Shown: positions 1 to 9,479 of the stretch, piece by piece | How positions within the stretch are numbered: the first letter of the stretch is position 1 | Layout: each line of letters begins with the position of its first letter | IMG/VR virus record: IMGVR_UViG_3300044809_000038 | Span: 1-58,968 of that record | Length of the DNA stretch: 58,968 nt | Strand: one strand, 5' to 3' | Origin: a virus | Taxonomy: Duplodnaviria; Caudoviricetes | The notes under the pieces: model-generated | Database searches by the model: none | What the model was told of the DNA's origin: nothing | What the model saw: only the letters and a program-made list of their open reading frames with translations | Position numbers and translations under genes: made by a program

Positions 1-286
1 CCGGGGCCCCCCCCCCCTTCCGGGCCCCGTGGCCCGCGCCGAGTCGACGCGCGACGCCGGACAGCGCCTGGTAGCTGGCCTCGGCCGCCTCGTACTGCCA
101 CTTCCGGCCGCGACCGGACAGCATCTGCGCGCGGCGGCGCTCATGTGCGGCCTCCGTCCGGTAGTGCACGATCTGGCGCTCCAGCTCGGCCACGACCGCA
201 GCCCGCGCCTCGTCGAGCGCGGCCCAGGCGTCGCCCTCCATCCGGGCCAGGTACGAGTCCTCCGACTCCGGGTCGACGTCACTCAT
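1..286 (-). CDS. Hypothetical coiled-coil protein, paralog of 58720..58944; runs off the left end and probably finishes at 58941..58968
   Basis: Not in the ORF track (no stop). Hand translation MSDVDPESEDSYLARMEGDAWAALDEARAAVVAELERQIVHY...RRL; ATG overlaps the end of the upstream gene. Confidence 0.75.
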   Translation of the reverse strand, partial: MSDVDPESEDSYLARMEGDAWAALDEARAAVVAELERQIVHYRTEAAHERRRAQMLSGRGRKWQYEAAEASYQALSGVARRLGAGHGARKGGGAP

Positions 287-698
287 GGCCGCTGATCGCC
301 CCATCCCATGCTTCGGGCAGGAAGCCACCGCTGGTGAGCCAGCCGTCGAGCGCCTCGACCAGCTCGGCGAACTCCTCCGGGTCGACTCGGCCCGTGCCGC
401 CCTGTACGCGCATGACCAGCTCGCGCAGTTTGCGCAGTGTCGCGTTCGGGTCCATCAGCGTGTTGAGGCGCAACGCAGTCAGGCCGGCCTCGGTGAGACA
501 CCATGCGTGGCCCTCGCCCAGGTCTCGCCAGGTGATCCAGCCGGCGCCCTGCAAGTCGTGAGTGATTCTCGCCCTGACGGCCTTGGCGTCCCGGCTCATC
601 GGCGGCTTAGTGTAGTGGAACAGGGCGTCAACGTGTTCGTCGGTGATGGCGCTGGGCGCGGAGCGGGAGAAGGCCGTTCCGGATTCGGGTGTGCTCAT
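279..698 (-). CDS. Hypothetical protein, probably leaderless
   Basis: ATG 7 nt after TAGAAT -10 box; coupled to the next gene. Confidence 0.7.
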   Translation of the reverse strand: MSTPESGTAFSRSAPSAITDEHVDALFHYTKPPMSRDAKAVRARITHDLQGAGWITWRDLGEGHAWCLTEAGLTALRLNTLMDPNATLRKLRELVMRVQGGTGRVDPEEFAELVEALDGWLTSGGFLPEAWDGAISGHE

Positions 699-705
699 GG
701 CCCCG

Positions 706-734
706 ATTCTACACCCCGAATCGGGGTGTGTCTA
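706..734 (-). promoter_or_regulatory. Sigma70-type promoter TAGACA-17-TAGAAT with palindromic spacer
   Basis: Spacer CACCCCgaatcGGGGTG at 712-728; the motif recurs genome-wide. Confidence 0.8.
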
Positions 735-762
735 ACTCAGGTGAGATGACAGCGCGGGACGG

Positions 763-1017
763 CTACTTGCCGAGCGCCTTCGCGTGCTCGGCCGTCGTCA
801 TCCCCGTGGCGGCGATGTGCATCTCCGCGCACAGGCCGTGTGCGCCCTTCGGCGTGTACTTCTCCAGCTCGGCCACGCACCGGTCGTAGTCGCCCGGTTC
901 GCCCCAGCCGACCTTCGCTGCGCCCTCGCCGTGCACCCAGTAGTCCCAGAGCTTGCGACCCTTGGGGCTCGTCTCCAGGCCGCTGACCGCGAAGTCGGGC
1001 GACAGCACCAGGGCCAC
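763..1017 (-). CDS. Small conserved actinophage head-module protein
   Basis: LWDYWVHGEGAAKVGWGEPGDYDRCVAELEKY...GLCAEMH; follows the protease gene. Confidence 0.65.
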   Translation of the reverse strand: MALVLSPDFAVSGLETSPKGRKLWDYWVHGEGAAKVGWGEPGDYDRCVAELEKYTPKGAHGLCAEMHIAATGMTTAEHAKALGK

Positions 1018-1061
1018 GAGCTCGGCCCAGGCGCCCGGTGGGCCCGATCCTGCCGGGCCGA

Positions 1062-3437
1062 TCAGAAAGGGTTCGCGGCCAGCACGATGTCGCGGCGTGC
1101 CGTCGCCGCCCTGGTGGCATCGTCCAGGCCGAACGTGGCCAGGGCGGCCAGGCGCTGCTCGGCCAGTGCGCTGGTACCGGTCGCGTCGCCGCCCGTGTCC
1201 AGGCCGTCCTGCTCGGCGGCCGGCGCCGTCTTGCCGTTGAGGCGTAGCGCGATGGCGTCGGCCAGCTGGTCGTAGTCCAGGACCACGGCGCCCGAGGCCG
1301 GGGGTGCCTCGACGGGTGTCGACTTGACCGCGCCGGCCGCGACGAGCGTCTCCACTTCGCCGCTGGCGATGCGGGCACGGGGCACGGGGAAGCCGCCGAC
1401 GTTGACGCCCAGGGCGGCCACGAGTTCGAGTCGGCCGCCGATCTTGCGCCAGTCGCCGGACAGGGCGTGCGCGCGGAGCAGGTCGAGGTCGGCGCCTGGG
1501 CGTGCGCGGCCGGCGACCCAGATGCCGTACTGGTCTTCGCCCGCAGCGACGTCGGCGACGGCGGAGCCCGTGTTGTCGTAGTGCTCCGCTGCTGGACCTG
1601 AGGACAGCCGTGTGCTGGCGTGACCGGTTCCCATGGTGATGTGCCCGACGGCGACCGTTCGCAGCTCTCCGTCGTCGTCACGTACCCGTACGGCTCCCGT
1701 GGCGAAGTACGCGTAGTCGGACGCGCTGCGTGGCGGCGTCACGCACTGGCCGGCGAAGCCGATGTGGCACGTGCCCCAGGTCGCCAGGTGGCCGTACACG
1801 TGGCCGTCCTCGCCCACCGTGAGCGCCGTCGGGCCGCTCAGCGCCGGGTTGGCGAACCAGTGCGCCGCGGGCAGATCGGCCAGGGCGCTGGCTGCGACGC
1901 TCTTCAGGCTGCCGTCGGGCGCCCAGTTGTCGGGGATCTTGCTGGACAGGCCGAGCTTCTTCGCCGCGGAGATGATGTGCTTGCGGATGGCGTCGTGGCC
2001 GGCGCCGCCGCGACCCACGGCCCGGATGGCGTTGTCGAGGTCGGCCGCGTTCTCGACGGGGTAGCTGGCTTCGCCAGCCGGCTTGCCCTTCGCCGGTGGC
2101 ATGGCCAGGCCCTTCTTGAGCGCGCGGGCCCGCTTCTCGGCGTTCGGCGCCTTACCGGCTGCGTAGCCCTCGGCGTCGAACTGCTCGGCCGATGCCAGGA
2201 GTTCGCACAGCAGGCAGTCATCGCCGAGTTCGGCCGACGTCCAGGCACTGGCCGCGACGGCATCCAGGTCGGCCGCGGGCACCATCTCCTGGCCGTCGAT
2301 GACCACGTAGGCCTCGGCGAACGCCGGAATCGCCACGAGCGTCGTCGCGGCGATCTTGCCGCCCGTAACGACCAGGCGCTGCTCGGCGTCGATGTAGTCC
2401 ATCTTCGCCTGCTCGTCGCCGGCCTCGGCCTTCGCCATCAGCTCGGCCATGCGCTCCGAGTCGATGAACTCGTACTCGGCCTGCATGTCGGACAGGTCGG
2501 CCGAGTTGCCGGTCAGGTACCCGCGGCGGGCCAGGGTCGTCGCGGCGGCATCGGGGTCGAGCTCGCCCTTGCCGGTCCACACGAACGAGCCTTCGGGGAA
2601 CGGCTCGCCGGTCTCCTTGCTGATGACGTCGGGGCCGGCGACGCGCGTCAGCTCGGTGATCTTGCCGACGATCGTGGCTCCGGTGTGGCCGTCGCCCGTG
2701 TTCTGCACCTGGGCCAGGACGGGGATCGGGAGGGCGCGGTGGCTCAGGGCGCCCGGCTCGATGTAGCGGTGGTCGCTGGTCTCGACGCCCTCGACGATGA
2801 CCACCGGGAAGGTGGCCGGCACGCCGTCGGCGTAGTCGGGTAGGTCGAGCGGCTGAGTGTCGCTGTCCGGTTCGTCGGCTGCTGCGTACATGGACTGGCC
2901 TCCGGTCAGCGGGTAGTCGGTCACGGTGCCGCCCAGGGCTAGGCGCAGCCGGTCGAAGGTGACGGGTCCGACACAGTTCGGGTCGAGGTCGGTGACCGGC
3001 ACGCCGTAGCCGGCGGTGACGTGCTGCACGAACGGGTCGTGCTGTGCGGGCATGAACGCACCCATGATGATGTTGGCGCCGTCCTGGGCGCGCTCGCGCA
3101 GCGGCGTGATCATGTCGCCCTCGGCGGCGTTGCCGACCATGTAGACCGTGGCGGCCTCGGTCTCGCCGACTGGTCGAGCATCCGGGTTGAACACGGCCCA
3201 GCCGAAGACGTTTGCCGCGCACGGACCGCAGTGGCTGGCCAGTCCGCCGGCCAGCGTGGCGAGCTGGGCGCCGATCTCGGGCGGCCAGGTGCTGACGTCG
3301 TCGCCCAGATACAGCAGCGTGAGGTGCAGCTCGTCGGGCGCGTCGCCGCCAGCCACGGTGAGCCGGCTGATGTCCGCCTGGCTGGGCACCAGGGCGATCA
3401 TGCCGCCGGTATGGGTCTGCTCGTCCTCGTCAGCCAC
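1062..3437 (-). CDS. Capsid maturation protease with N-terminal 2H phosphoesterase (LigT/Acb1-like) domain
   Basis: HLTL and HVTA motifs in the first ~150 aa; central prohead-protease-like region; lies between portal and (circularly) capsid. Confidence 0.75.
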   Translation of the reverse strand: MADEDEQTHTGGMIALVPSQADISRLTVAGGDAPDELHLTLLYLGDDVSTWPPEIGAQLATLAGGLASHCGPCAANVFGWAVFNPDARPVGETEAATVYMVGNAAEGDMITPLRERAQDGANIIMGAFMPAQHDPFVQHVTAGYGVPVTDLDPNCVGPVTFDRLRLALGGTVTDYPLTGGQSMYAAADEPDSDTQPLDLPDYADGVPATFPVVIVEGVETSDHRYIEPGALSHRALPIPVLAQVQNTGDGHTGATIVGKITELTRVAGPDVISKETGEPFPEGSFVWTGKGELDPDAAATTLARRGYLTGNSADLSDMQAEYEFIDSERMAELMAKAEAGDEQAKMDYIDAEQRLVVTGGKIAATTLVAIPAFAEAYVVIDGQEMVPAADLDAVAASAWTSAELGDDCLLCELLASAEQFDAEGYAAGKAPNAEKRARALKKGLAMPPAKGKPAGEASYPVENAADLDNAIRAVGRGGAGHDAIRKHIISAAKKLGLSSKIPDNWAPDGSLKSVAASALADLPAAHWFANPALSGPTALTVGEDGHVYGHLATWGTCHIGFAGQCVTPPRSASDYAYFATGAVRVRDDDGELRTVAVGHITMGTGHASTRLSSGPAAEHYDNTGSAVADVAAGEDQYGIWVAGRARPGADLDLLRAHALSGDWRKIGGRLELVAALGVNVGGFPVPRARIASGEVETLVAAGAVKSTPVEAPPASGAVVLDYDQLADAIALRLNGKTAPAAEQDGLDTGGDATGTSALAEQRLAALATFGLDDATRAATARRDIVLAANPF

Positions 3438-3699
3438 GGTCGTCCTCCAGTGCCCTCGGTGTGTCGCCGTCCCACGGATCGGTCGGCTGCGTGATCGACC
3501 GGACCATGAGCATGAAGCCGGTCCGGATCAGCCGGCGTGCCTGCTTCAGGTCTTCGCTGTGGATCTCGTCCTGGCCGGCGATCTCGCGCCAGAGGTCAGC
3601 CACGCCGGCTTCGCACATCTTGACCGTGTTGACCAGGCCGATGGTGGCGTTGTCGAGGTCGCGGTAGCCGGCGATCCGGCGGTGCTGGTTGTCGACCAT
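3430..3699 (-). CDS. acb2: Acb2/Tad1-family cyclic nucleotide sponge (anti-CBASS)
   Basis: MVDNQHRRIAGYRDL...VNTVK...IRTGFMLMVRSITQP matches the Acb2 pattern as I recall it. Confidence 0.8.
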   Translation of the reverse strand: MVDNQHRRIAGYRDLDNATIGLVNTVKMCEAGVADLWREIAGQDEIHSEDLKQARRLIRTGFMLMVRSITQPTDPWDGDTPRALEDDRG

Positions 3700-3701
3700 G
3701 G

Positions 3702-3914
3702 TCAGTCGTCTCCGTTCGTCTCGGCGCGGCTGGCCTGCCAGGCCGACCAGTGTCCGATGATCAGCGCGTAGACGCTGATCAGAGCCACGTACAGGATGGA
3801 GTTGTGCCACCACAGCACGGTCGGTACCGCCATGGCCAGCCAGAACAGTGCCAGGCCGGCGTGCAGCCGGCGCAGCCTGATGGCGTTCGCTGCGGCCTGT
3901 CGGCTCGCTGCCAT
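3702..3914 (-). CDS. Small two-TM membrane protein
   Basis: Two hydrophobic helices; RBS GGAGAG. Confidence 0.65.
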   Translation of the reverse strand: MAASRQAAANAIRLRRLHAGLALFWLAMAVPTVLWWHNSILYVALISVYALIIGHWSAWQASRAETNGDD

Positions 3915-3985
3915 GGTTACTCTCCGTCGCGAGATGATCTTGCTTACCGGTTACCCGCCCGTGAGCGAGGGAGCCTTTTGCCTGG

Positions 3986-4744
3986 TCAGAGGCTCAGATA
4001 CTCTCCGTGTTCGTTGGCCGGAATATGCCGTATCGGGGTGTCTTCCCCGATCGCGGCGTCGCCGGCCATCGCCTGCTCCGGGCGCTCGTGGCGACGCCAC
4101 AGCTCCTCGTAATGCTGCTGCACCCGCTCGCCCAGCAGCAGGTGCAGATCCAGCAGCGTGTCGAATTCGGGCACGTAGCGGCGCATGTCGTCGTTCTGCT
4201 TGAGCCGCAGCTGCGCGAACTCGACCGGGTCGATGCCCTGCGCCAGGACGCCCCAGGCGCCGCCGACCAGCACCACGACGCTGGTCATCACCTTGTCCAA
4301 GCCCCTCACGTACCGGGCCTCGGGCATCTCCTGGCGCTCGTACTCGCCCAACAGGTTGCCCACCCACGGCAGCGTGCCCCGGAACTGGTCGTTCAGCGCC
4401 TCGGCGGCGGCGTGCTCGCGCACCTGCTTGCGCAGCCGCTCCTGGTCGCTGATGCGCAACGTGGGGGTGTCGCCCGCGTACACCTCGGGCATGTCGTGGA
4501 TCAGGGCGAACTGGGCCACGAGGCCGCGGTCCAGGTGCGGGTAGTACCGGGCGGCGAACGCGCACGCCGTCCAACCCAGCATCACCGTGTGATCGGTGTC
4601 CGACTCCGGAGTGAGCTGGTCGGCATGGAAGCACGAGTTGCGGGCGATGCCGCCGAACGCCAAGGCCAGGGAGCCCAGCTCGACCAGGGCATCCGCGGTG
4701 TCGTGCAGGTCGGTGCCGACGTCTCGCCTGGCGATGGCCGTCAC
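3986..4744 (-). CDS. HD-domain 5'-deoxynucleotidase-like (YfbR family) hydrolase
   Basis: ESDTDHT...ALIHDMPEVYAGDTPT...EARYVRGLDK. Confidence 0.85.
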   Translation of the reverse strand: MTAIARRDVGTDLHDTADALVELGSLALAFGGIARNSCFHADQLTPESDTDHTVMLGWTACAFAARYYPHLDRGLVAQFALIHDMPEVYAGDTPTLRISDQERLRKQVREHAAAEALNDQFRGTLPWVGNLLGEYERQEMPEARYVRGLDKVMTSVVVLVGGAWGVLAQGIDPVEFAQLRLKQNDDMRRYVPEFDTLLDLHLLLGERVQQHYEELWRRHERPEQAMAGDAAIGEDTPIRHIPANEHGEYLSL

Positions 4745-5007
4745 TTGGCGGCCTCGGGCTTGACGCCGTGCAGGTCGTCGTCGTGGCGCTGGAACGTGAG
4801 CTCGTAGTTCCAGCCGGCCTCGAACTGGTCGGCCACGTCACCGTTGACCGTCATGGTGACGGACAGGTTCGGGCTGGCCGCAGCCCAGGCCTTGTTGCGG
4901 TCGTCCCGGTAGTCGGGCGTGAACATCAGCGTCGCGCTACCGGGTCCGCCCCAGCCGGGAGACTGCTTGCCGGTGCAGGTGACTCGGGCCGTGATGTGCT
5001 TGTGCAT
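4741..5007 (-). CDS. Small conserved phage beta-rich protein
   Basis: NKAWAAASP...QFEAGWNYELTF; coupled to the HD gene. Confidence 0.65.
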   Translation of the reverse strand: MHKHITARVTCTGKQSPGWGGPGSATLMFTPDYRDDRNKAWAAASPNLSVTMTVNGDVADQFEAGWNYELTFQRHDDDLHGVKPEAAK

Positions 5008-5032
5008 GGCTGCTTCCCTTGTGTCGCTGGGC

Positions 5033-5137
5033 TTACGGGACTCGGCGGAACGGGCCGACGCCGATCATGATCAGGAACAGGAACAGGATGATGGCGATCA
5101 CGATCAGCAGGATGTTCGTCGTGGTGAGAGTGTCCAT
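5033..5137 (-). CDS. 34-aa single-TM microprotein
   Basis: MDTLTTTNILLIVIAIILFLFLIMIGVGPFRRVP; RBS AGGAGG; start overlaps the portal stop. Confidence 0.6.
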   Translation of the reverse strand: MDTLTTTNILLIVIAIILFLFLIMIGVGPFRRVP

Positions 5138-7947
5138 CAGGTCACCTCCTTCGGGTTGCGGTCCAGGAATCGCTGCCGGAGCTCCTGAATGCGGTTGCGC
5201 TCGGTCAGTGTCGCCTGCGCCACGGTGCCTGTCCGGCCGGCCGCGGTATCGCCCTCCGCCAGCGCTCGCACGTCGGCCATGGCCTGCGTGTCCTCCTGGT
5301 GGACCTGAGTCTGCTCCCGAGCTTCGGGAATGGCCCAGACGGCGACGTAGTCGCACAGGCAACCGTCGTGGTCGCCCGGATGGCGGTAGGGCCCAACCCA
5401 CTCGCACGGCGGGCTGGCGATGGCGCTGCTGAGCTTCTCGTCGCGCCAGCCGCCGAAACGCAGGCCGTCGAGCTCCTCGTGCGGATGGAACCCGCGTGGG
5501 CTCGGCGTCGGGCCGTAGCGCCACTCGTAGCCCAGGTGTGAGCCGCCCTCCTGGGCGACGACCTGGTGCACGGTGTCGCCGACGAGGCCGCCGGCCGGCG
5601 TGCCGTTACCCGCCGCGCCGGTGCCGTTGCTGCTGGCGCCGCCCGAGCCGGGCGTGATGCCGCCGACCTCGGCCAGCGCCGCCCGGACCGCACCCGGCGG
5701 AACGAGCGTGTCCGACTGCTCGCCGAGCTCGTCCTTCGTCGGGTGGAACAGGTGCCGCTCGGCCGTCTTGAGCAGGGCGGCTTCCAGCCGGTTCCAACCG
5801 GCGCGCTTGCGGCCCGTCATGGCGAGCTCGATGGTGCGGCCGATGCGCTTGGCCTTGTCGCTGGCCGGGTCGAGGCGCAGCAGCTTGACGACAGCCGCCG
5901 CGAGCTGAGTGACGGCCTGGGCCACCCACTTGTCCCACTTGACCTGGAGGCCGGCGAAAGCGGCCTCCAGGAGCTTGCTGGCAGGCAGGCCCAGTGCCAT
6001 GACCGTGTCGGGTCCGAGGATGGCCGCGAAGTCCTCCACGGCAGCGTCAGCCAGCTTGGCGCGCACCTCGGGCTTGCCGTTGGCGTGACTGCGGATGCGG
6101 GCGCCGGCCTTCTCCAGTGCGCGCTCCATCGCGGCGTCGGCCGCCACCAGGATGCGGTCGCGCAGCGCGGCCTCGATCGCCGCCAGTTCGCGACTGGCAT
6201 CGACGTCCACAGACCAGTCCACACCTGTGGACAATTCGCCGGCCGCGGTGAAGCTCTCGGCGATGGCCGTCAGCACGTCGGTCTCCATGCCGGTGGCCTG
6301 CTCGTCGGTCAAACCCAGCTGCCCCAATGCCCAAACCCGTTGCGCCGCAAGTCCGGAAGGCTTCTGCGCCGGCTGCGTCGTGCCCGTCGCCGGCTGCGTG
6401 GCCGGCTGGCCGCCGGGCGTGGCCGGCACCTTCGCGGCGGGAGCCGGCGGTGCCAACGGGCCGTTCGTGCCGCCGCCCTCGTCCTGCGGCGCCTGGCCGA
6501 TCTCCTTGTCGGCGATCGTCTCCCGCGTCGGGTACATGAGCGGCTGGTCCGGGTTGAGCAGGCGCTGGATCAGCAGGGCGCTGGTCGAGGAGTCCATGCC
6601 CGTCTTCAGCATGATCTGCCGGAAGACCTCCTCGTCGCTGGGCGCGTCCTCGTCGGTGAAGCCCAGGGCATCGCGCAGCGCGCGGTCGCCGATGGCCAAC
6701 CGGTCGTGAGCATCCTTCGCGTCGCTGCCCCGGTTGGGGTTCTCGGTGAGGTTGCCGGCGTCGAACCACACCTGCACCTGGGAGATCTCGTCCAGGGTGA
6801 ACTGGTCGCGCGCCACCAGCATCGGCCACAGGTAGCCCTCGGTGAAGCTGTCGGCGATGTTCCGCAGTCGCGGGTCGATGTGGTAGCGGTAGGTGTTCTG
6901 GTCGATCTGGGCACCGGACCAGTGGTTGGTCTGACCGATGCCGCTCAAGATCTCGGGCGGCATGTCCAGGCCCGTGCCGAGACGGTTGAGCGCGTTGTCC
7001 AGCGACTCCAGCAGTAGCTTGCTGTCCTCGCGGACGAACGTGATGTGCCGGACCTCCCGCAGGTCCTCCGGGTTGCCCTTGAGCACCATCGGGACGACCG
7101 CGCCGGGCTCGCCCTCATTGTTGATCGGCGCCAGCATCGCGCCCATGAACTCGCTCATGAACTCGTCGGAGTCCGGGTCCTGGTCCTCGGCGTCGCGTGT
7201 CGCCGGCAGCAGCGACAGGCCTTCGGGCAGCAGCAACATCCCGTTCGCGGCGGCACGGGAGCGGCGGACGGCTCGGCGCTCGCGGCCGTTCAGGACGATC
7301 TCGCCGCACAGGTCCTGCATGGCGCGCATCGGGCTGTCGGCGAAGTCGGAGTACCGCGGATGCGGCAGCCACAGCCGCAGCATCTCCTCTTTCGCGGGGT
7401 CGACCTGGTGTCGGATCTGGCCCTTGCCGTTCTTGAGCAACAGCACGCCATCGGGCTGCACCTGCACCTCGTCGACCGACAGCACCTCCCAGCGCTCGCG
7501 CGCCAACTCGTCGATGTAGCCGTGCAGCCAGCACTCGCCGGTGATGTCGAAGTTCTCGGCCACCGCGCCCTGAAACTTCGCTCCGCTGGCGATCGGCAGC
7601 CGGCTCAGCTCGTCCTCGACCGCGGCCATCAGCTCAGGCGAGATGCCCTCGGGCTTGGCACTGAACAGGATCGGGTCGTCGCCCTCGACGTTCACGACAG
7701 CACCGACGAAGCGTGCCCGGCCGACGGCGTTGGCGATGAACTTGCCGGCGAACCTGAGCTCGGGAATCAGGTCGCGGTACACCCAGGCGTCGGACTGCCA
7801 CACCTGCTTGGTGCCGATCAGGACACGCACGCTGTCGCGGTTGCGGACGTCGATGCGGGCGCCGGCCGCGCGGAGCAGGACCATGCCGCGACGGGTCGGA
7901 CGCGCGGATGCGGCGATCTGCTGGTCCTGTGGCACGGCCAGGGTCAT
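5137..7947 (-). CDS. Portal protein with C-terminal MuF-like extension
   Basis: Actinophage portal motifs (LWLPHPRYSDFADSPMRA, TNHWSG); C-terminal HEELDG...HDGCLC. Confidence 0.8.
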   Translation of the reverse strand: MTLAVPQDQQIAASARPTRRGMVLLRAAGARIDVRNRDSVRVLIGTKQVWQSDAWVYRDLIPELRFAGKFIANAVGRARFVGAVVNVEGDDPILFSAKPEGISPELMAAVEDELSRLPIASGAKFQGAVAENFDITGECWLHGYIDELARERWEVLSVDEVQVQPDGVLLLKNGKGQIRHQVDPAKEEMLRLWLPHPRYSDFADSPMRAMQDLCGEIVLNGRERRAVRRSRAAANGMLLLPEGLSLLPATRDAEDQDPDSDEFMSEFMGAMLAPINNEGEPGAVVPMVLKGNPEDLREVRHITFVREDSKLLLESLDNALNRLGTGLDMPPEILSGIGQTNHWSGAQIDQNTYRYHIDPRLRNIADSFTEGYLWPMLVARDQFTLDEISQVQVWFDAGNLTENPNRGSDAKDAHDRLAIGDRALRDALGFTDEDAPSDEEVFRQIMLKTGMDSSTSALLIQRLLNPDQPLMYPTRETIADKEIGQAPQDEGGGTNGPLAPPAPAAKVPATPGGQPATQPATGTTQPAQKPSGLAAQRVWALGQLGLTDEQATGMETDVLTAIAESFTAAGELSTGVDWSVDVDASRELAAIEAALRDRILVAADAAMERALEKAGARIRSHANGKPEVRAKLADAAVEDFAAILGPDTVMALGLPASKLLEAAFAGLQVKWDKWVAQAVTQLAAAVVKLLRLDPASDKAKRIGRTIELAMTGRKRAGWNRLEAALLKTAERHLFHPTKDELGEQSDTLVPPGAVRAALAEVGGITPGSGGASSNGTGAAGNGTPAGGLVGDTVHQVVAQEGGSHLGYEWRYGPTPSPRGFHPHEELDGLRFGGWRDEKLSSAIASPPCEWVGPYRHPGDHDGCLCDYVAVWAIPEAREQTQVHQEDTQAMADVRALAEGDTAAGRTGTVAQATLTERNRIQELRQRFLDRNPKEVT

Positions 7948-7954
7948 GGCGCTC

Positions 7955-8278
7955 CTACTCCTGGTCGTGGGCAGCTAGGTGTCCGACTACCGTGCTGAAG
8001 GCCAACGGAACCGCCACGACGGGCCAGAGCGACGGCAGCAGCGACATGATCACTGCGACGCCGGCACTGATCCAGAAGCCGATGCACCACGGACAGTCGA
8101 CTAGGTTGACCAGCGGGTGTTCGGTTGGACGGTTGCGGTTCAGCCTTTCGATCACAGTATCGCGCCAGCGCGGCAACGGCGGCAGGGAGTCGCGGGTCCA
8201 CAGTCGAGTCAGGCGCGCGGCGGCCAGCGCGTTCACGGCCAACCAGACCGGATCGTGCAGCCAGTTCAGGCTGGCCAT
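7955..8278 (-). CDS. DUF1360-like membrane protein
   Basis: LAAARLTRLWTRD...LVDCPWCIGFW. Confidence 0.75.
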   Translation of the reverse strand: MASLNWLHDPVWLAVNALAAARLTRLWTRDSLPPLPRWRDTVIERLNRNRPTEHPLVNLVDCPWCIGFWISAGVAVIMSLLPSLWPVVAVPLAFSTVVGHLAAHDQE

Positions 8279-8619
8279 TCGAGCAGCCTGCCCGCCCAGC
8301 TCGGATGCCAGCCCTTCAGCGGGTTGCCGCAGCCGCAGCCTCCGCCGCCCGTGATCGTCAACACTTCGCCGGTCTCCAGCGTGACCCACCAACCGGTTGA
8401 GGCCTGCCCCATCGGGCGACGAGTGGCCGCCATGTTGACCTCGGCCCAGAACGCCGGCTCAGGATCGCCCGGTCCGGTCGGGGCCGCCCGGTAGATGAAC
8501 AGGCCCTGGTCGGTGGCGTACGCCTTGCAGCGGTGCCACACGGTCCGGTCCGGCAGTACGACGGAGGTCGGGTAGAAGGTGGCGTAGACGCCGGCCGGCA
8601 CCGGAAGCGTGGTGGTCAT
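8266..8619 (-). CDS. Hypothetical protein, leaderless
   Basis: ATG 7 nt after TATCAT (8627-8632); GGCGCGNPLKGW motif. Confidence 0.65.
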   Translation of the reverse strand: MTTTLPVPAGVYATFYPTSVVLPDRTVWHRCKAYATDQGLFIYRAAPTGPGDPEPAFWAEVNMAATRRPMGQASTGWWVTLETGEVLTITGGGGCGCGNPLKGWHPSWAGRLLEWPA

Positions 8620-8635
8620 GCTGCTGATGATACGA

Positions 8636-8680
8636 CGATGCACCCGGCTCCGGGGTATGAACCCAGAGCCGGGTGCATCG
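8636..8680. terminator. 15-bp inverted repeat, probable terminator
   Basis: cgatgcacccggctc...gagccgggtgcatcg, intergenic. Confidence 0.6.
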
Positions 8681-8781
8681 CACCAATGCCGGCCGCCGCA
8701 AGCACGAAGCCGATCTTTATGGACAGCGGCAGCGTCGGCGTCTCGGCCTTCGGGGTCAGGCTGCCTCGGCGAACCGGCCGA

Positions 8782-9090
8782 TCAGGTGATGAGCCGCGGT
8801 CCACGGGGCACCTCCTGCTCGGCCTTGATCTTCACCAGTTCGGCGCTGTAGGCAGCAAACAGGCCGTTGATAGCGCCCGAGACGTCCTGCTGGGCCTGCT
8901 GGGCCCGCCGGTCCTTCTCGGCCGTCACCAGGCCGCCCTGCTCGAACATGGCCAGCGGGAGCGCCACAATCTGCATGATCATGTCGCGGCCGTTCGGGTG
9001 CGCCATCTGGAGCAGCATCGTGGTCGACGGCTCCAGTCGCCGCATGACTCGTGCCGCGATCTCCTCATCCGTCGGCTGCTGGCTTGTCAC
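8782..9090 (-). CDS. Hypothetical protein
   Basis: GTG overlaps the upstream stop; RBS GGAAGGAG. Confidence 0.55.
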   Translation of the reverse strand: MTSQQPTDEEIAARVMRRLEPSTTMLLQMAHPNGRDMIMQIVALPLAMFEQGGLVTAEKDRRAQQAQQDVSGAINGLFAAYSAELVKIKAEQEVPRGPRLIT

Positions 9091-9470
9091 TGCATTGCTC
9101 CTTCCATGATCGGGAAGTGCTCGACGGCCGTGGCGCCGTTCGGGTGGTGGATGGCCAGCAAGTGGCCCTGCCGAAAAACCCACACGGCGTTCTTCGTGTA
9201 GGCGTACGCGTAGTCGGTTTCCGCCGACGTCGCGTGCTCGTGCGGCCAGGTGCGCTGCGTCGCCCAAGGCGAGCGCGGCCAGTGGGCGTCCTGGTTGGCG
9301 TCCAGCATGATCTGCCGGACGCGCTCCAGATACGAGTCCTCGGTGTAGTTGCCGCGCGCCTCACGGAACAGGTTCTCGCTGGCCACGTCGGCCGGCGAGC
9401 CGTAGTCGGTCACGCTGCCCAGCCACTGGGCGCCCGGTCCGCGGCCCAGGTAGAAGTCTGCCTTCGCCAT
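9087..9470 (-). CDS. Hypothetical protein
   Basis: RBS AGGAG; ADFYLGRGPGAQWLGSV. Confidence 0.65.
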   Translation of the reverse strand: MAKADFYLGRGPGAQWLGSVTDYGSPADVASENLFREARGNYTEDSYLERVRQIMLDANQDAHWPRSPWATQRTWPHEHATSAETDYAYAYTKNAVWVFRQGHLLAIHHPNGATAVEHFPIMEGAMQ

Positions 9471-9479
9471 GATCGTCTC

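Noticed and set aside
1-30. Poly-C hairpin as terminator or genome terminus
   Set aside because: Better explained as a low-quality read end duplicating 58944-58968
3986-4744. DatZ of a 2-aminoadenine (Z-genome) pathway
   Set aside because: No PurZ, MazZ or DNA polymerase visible in an apparently complete genome
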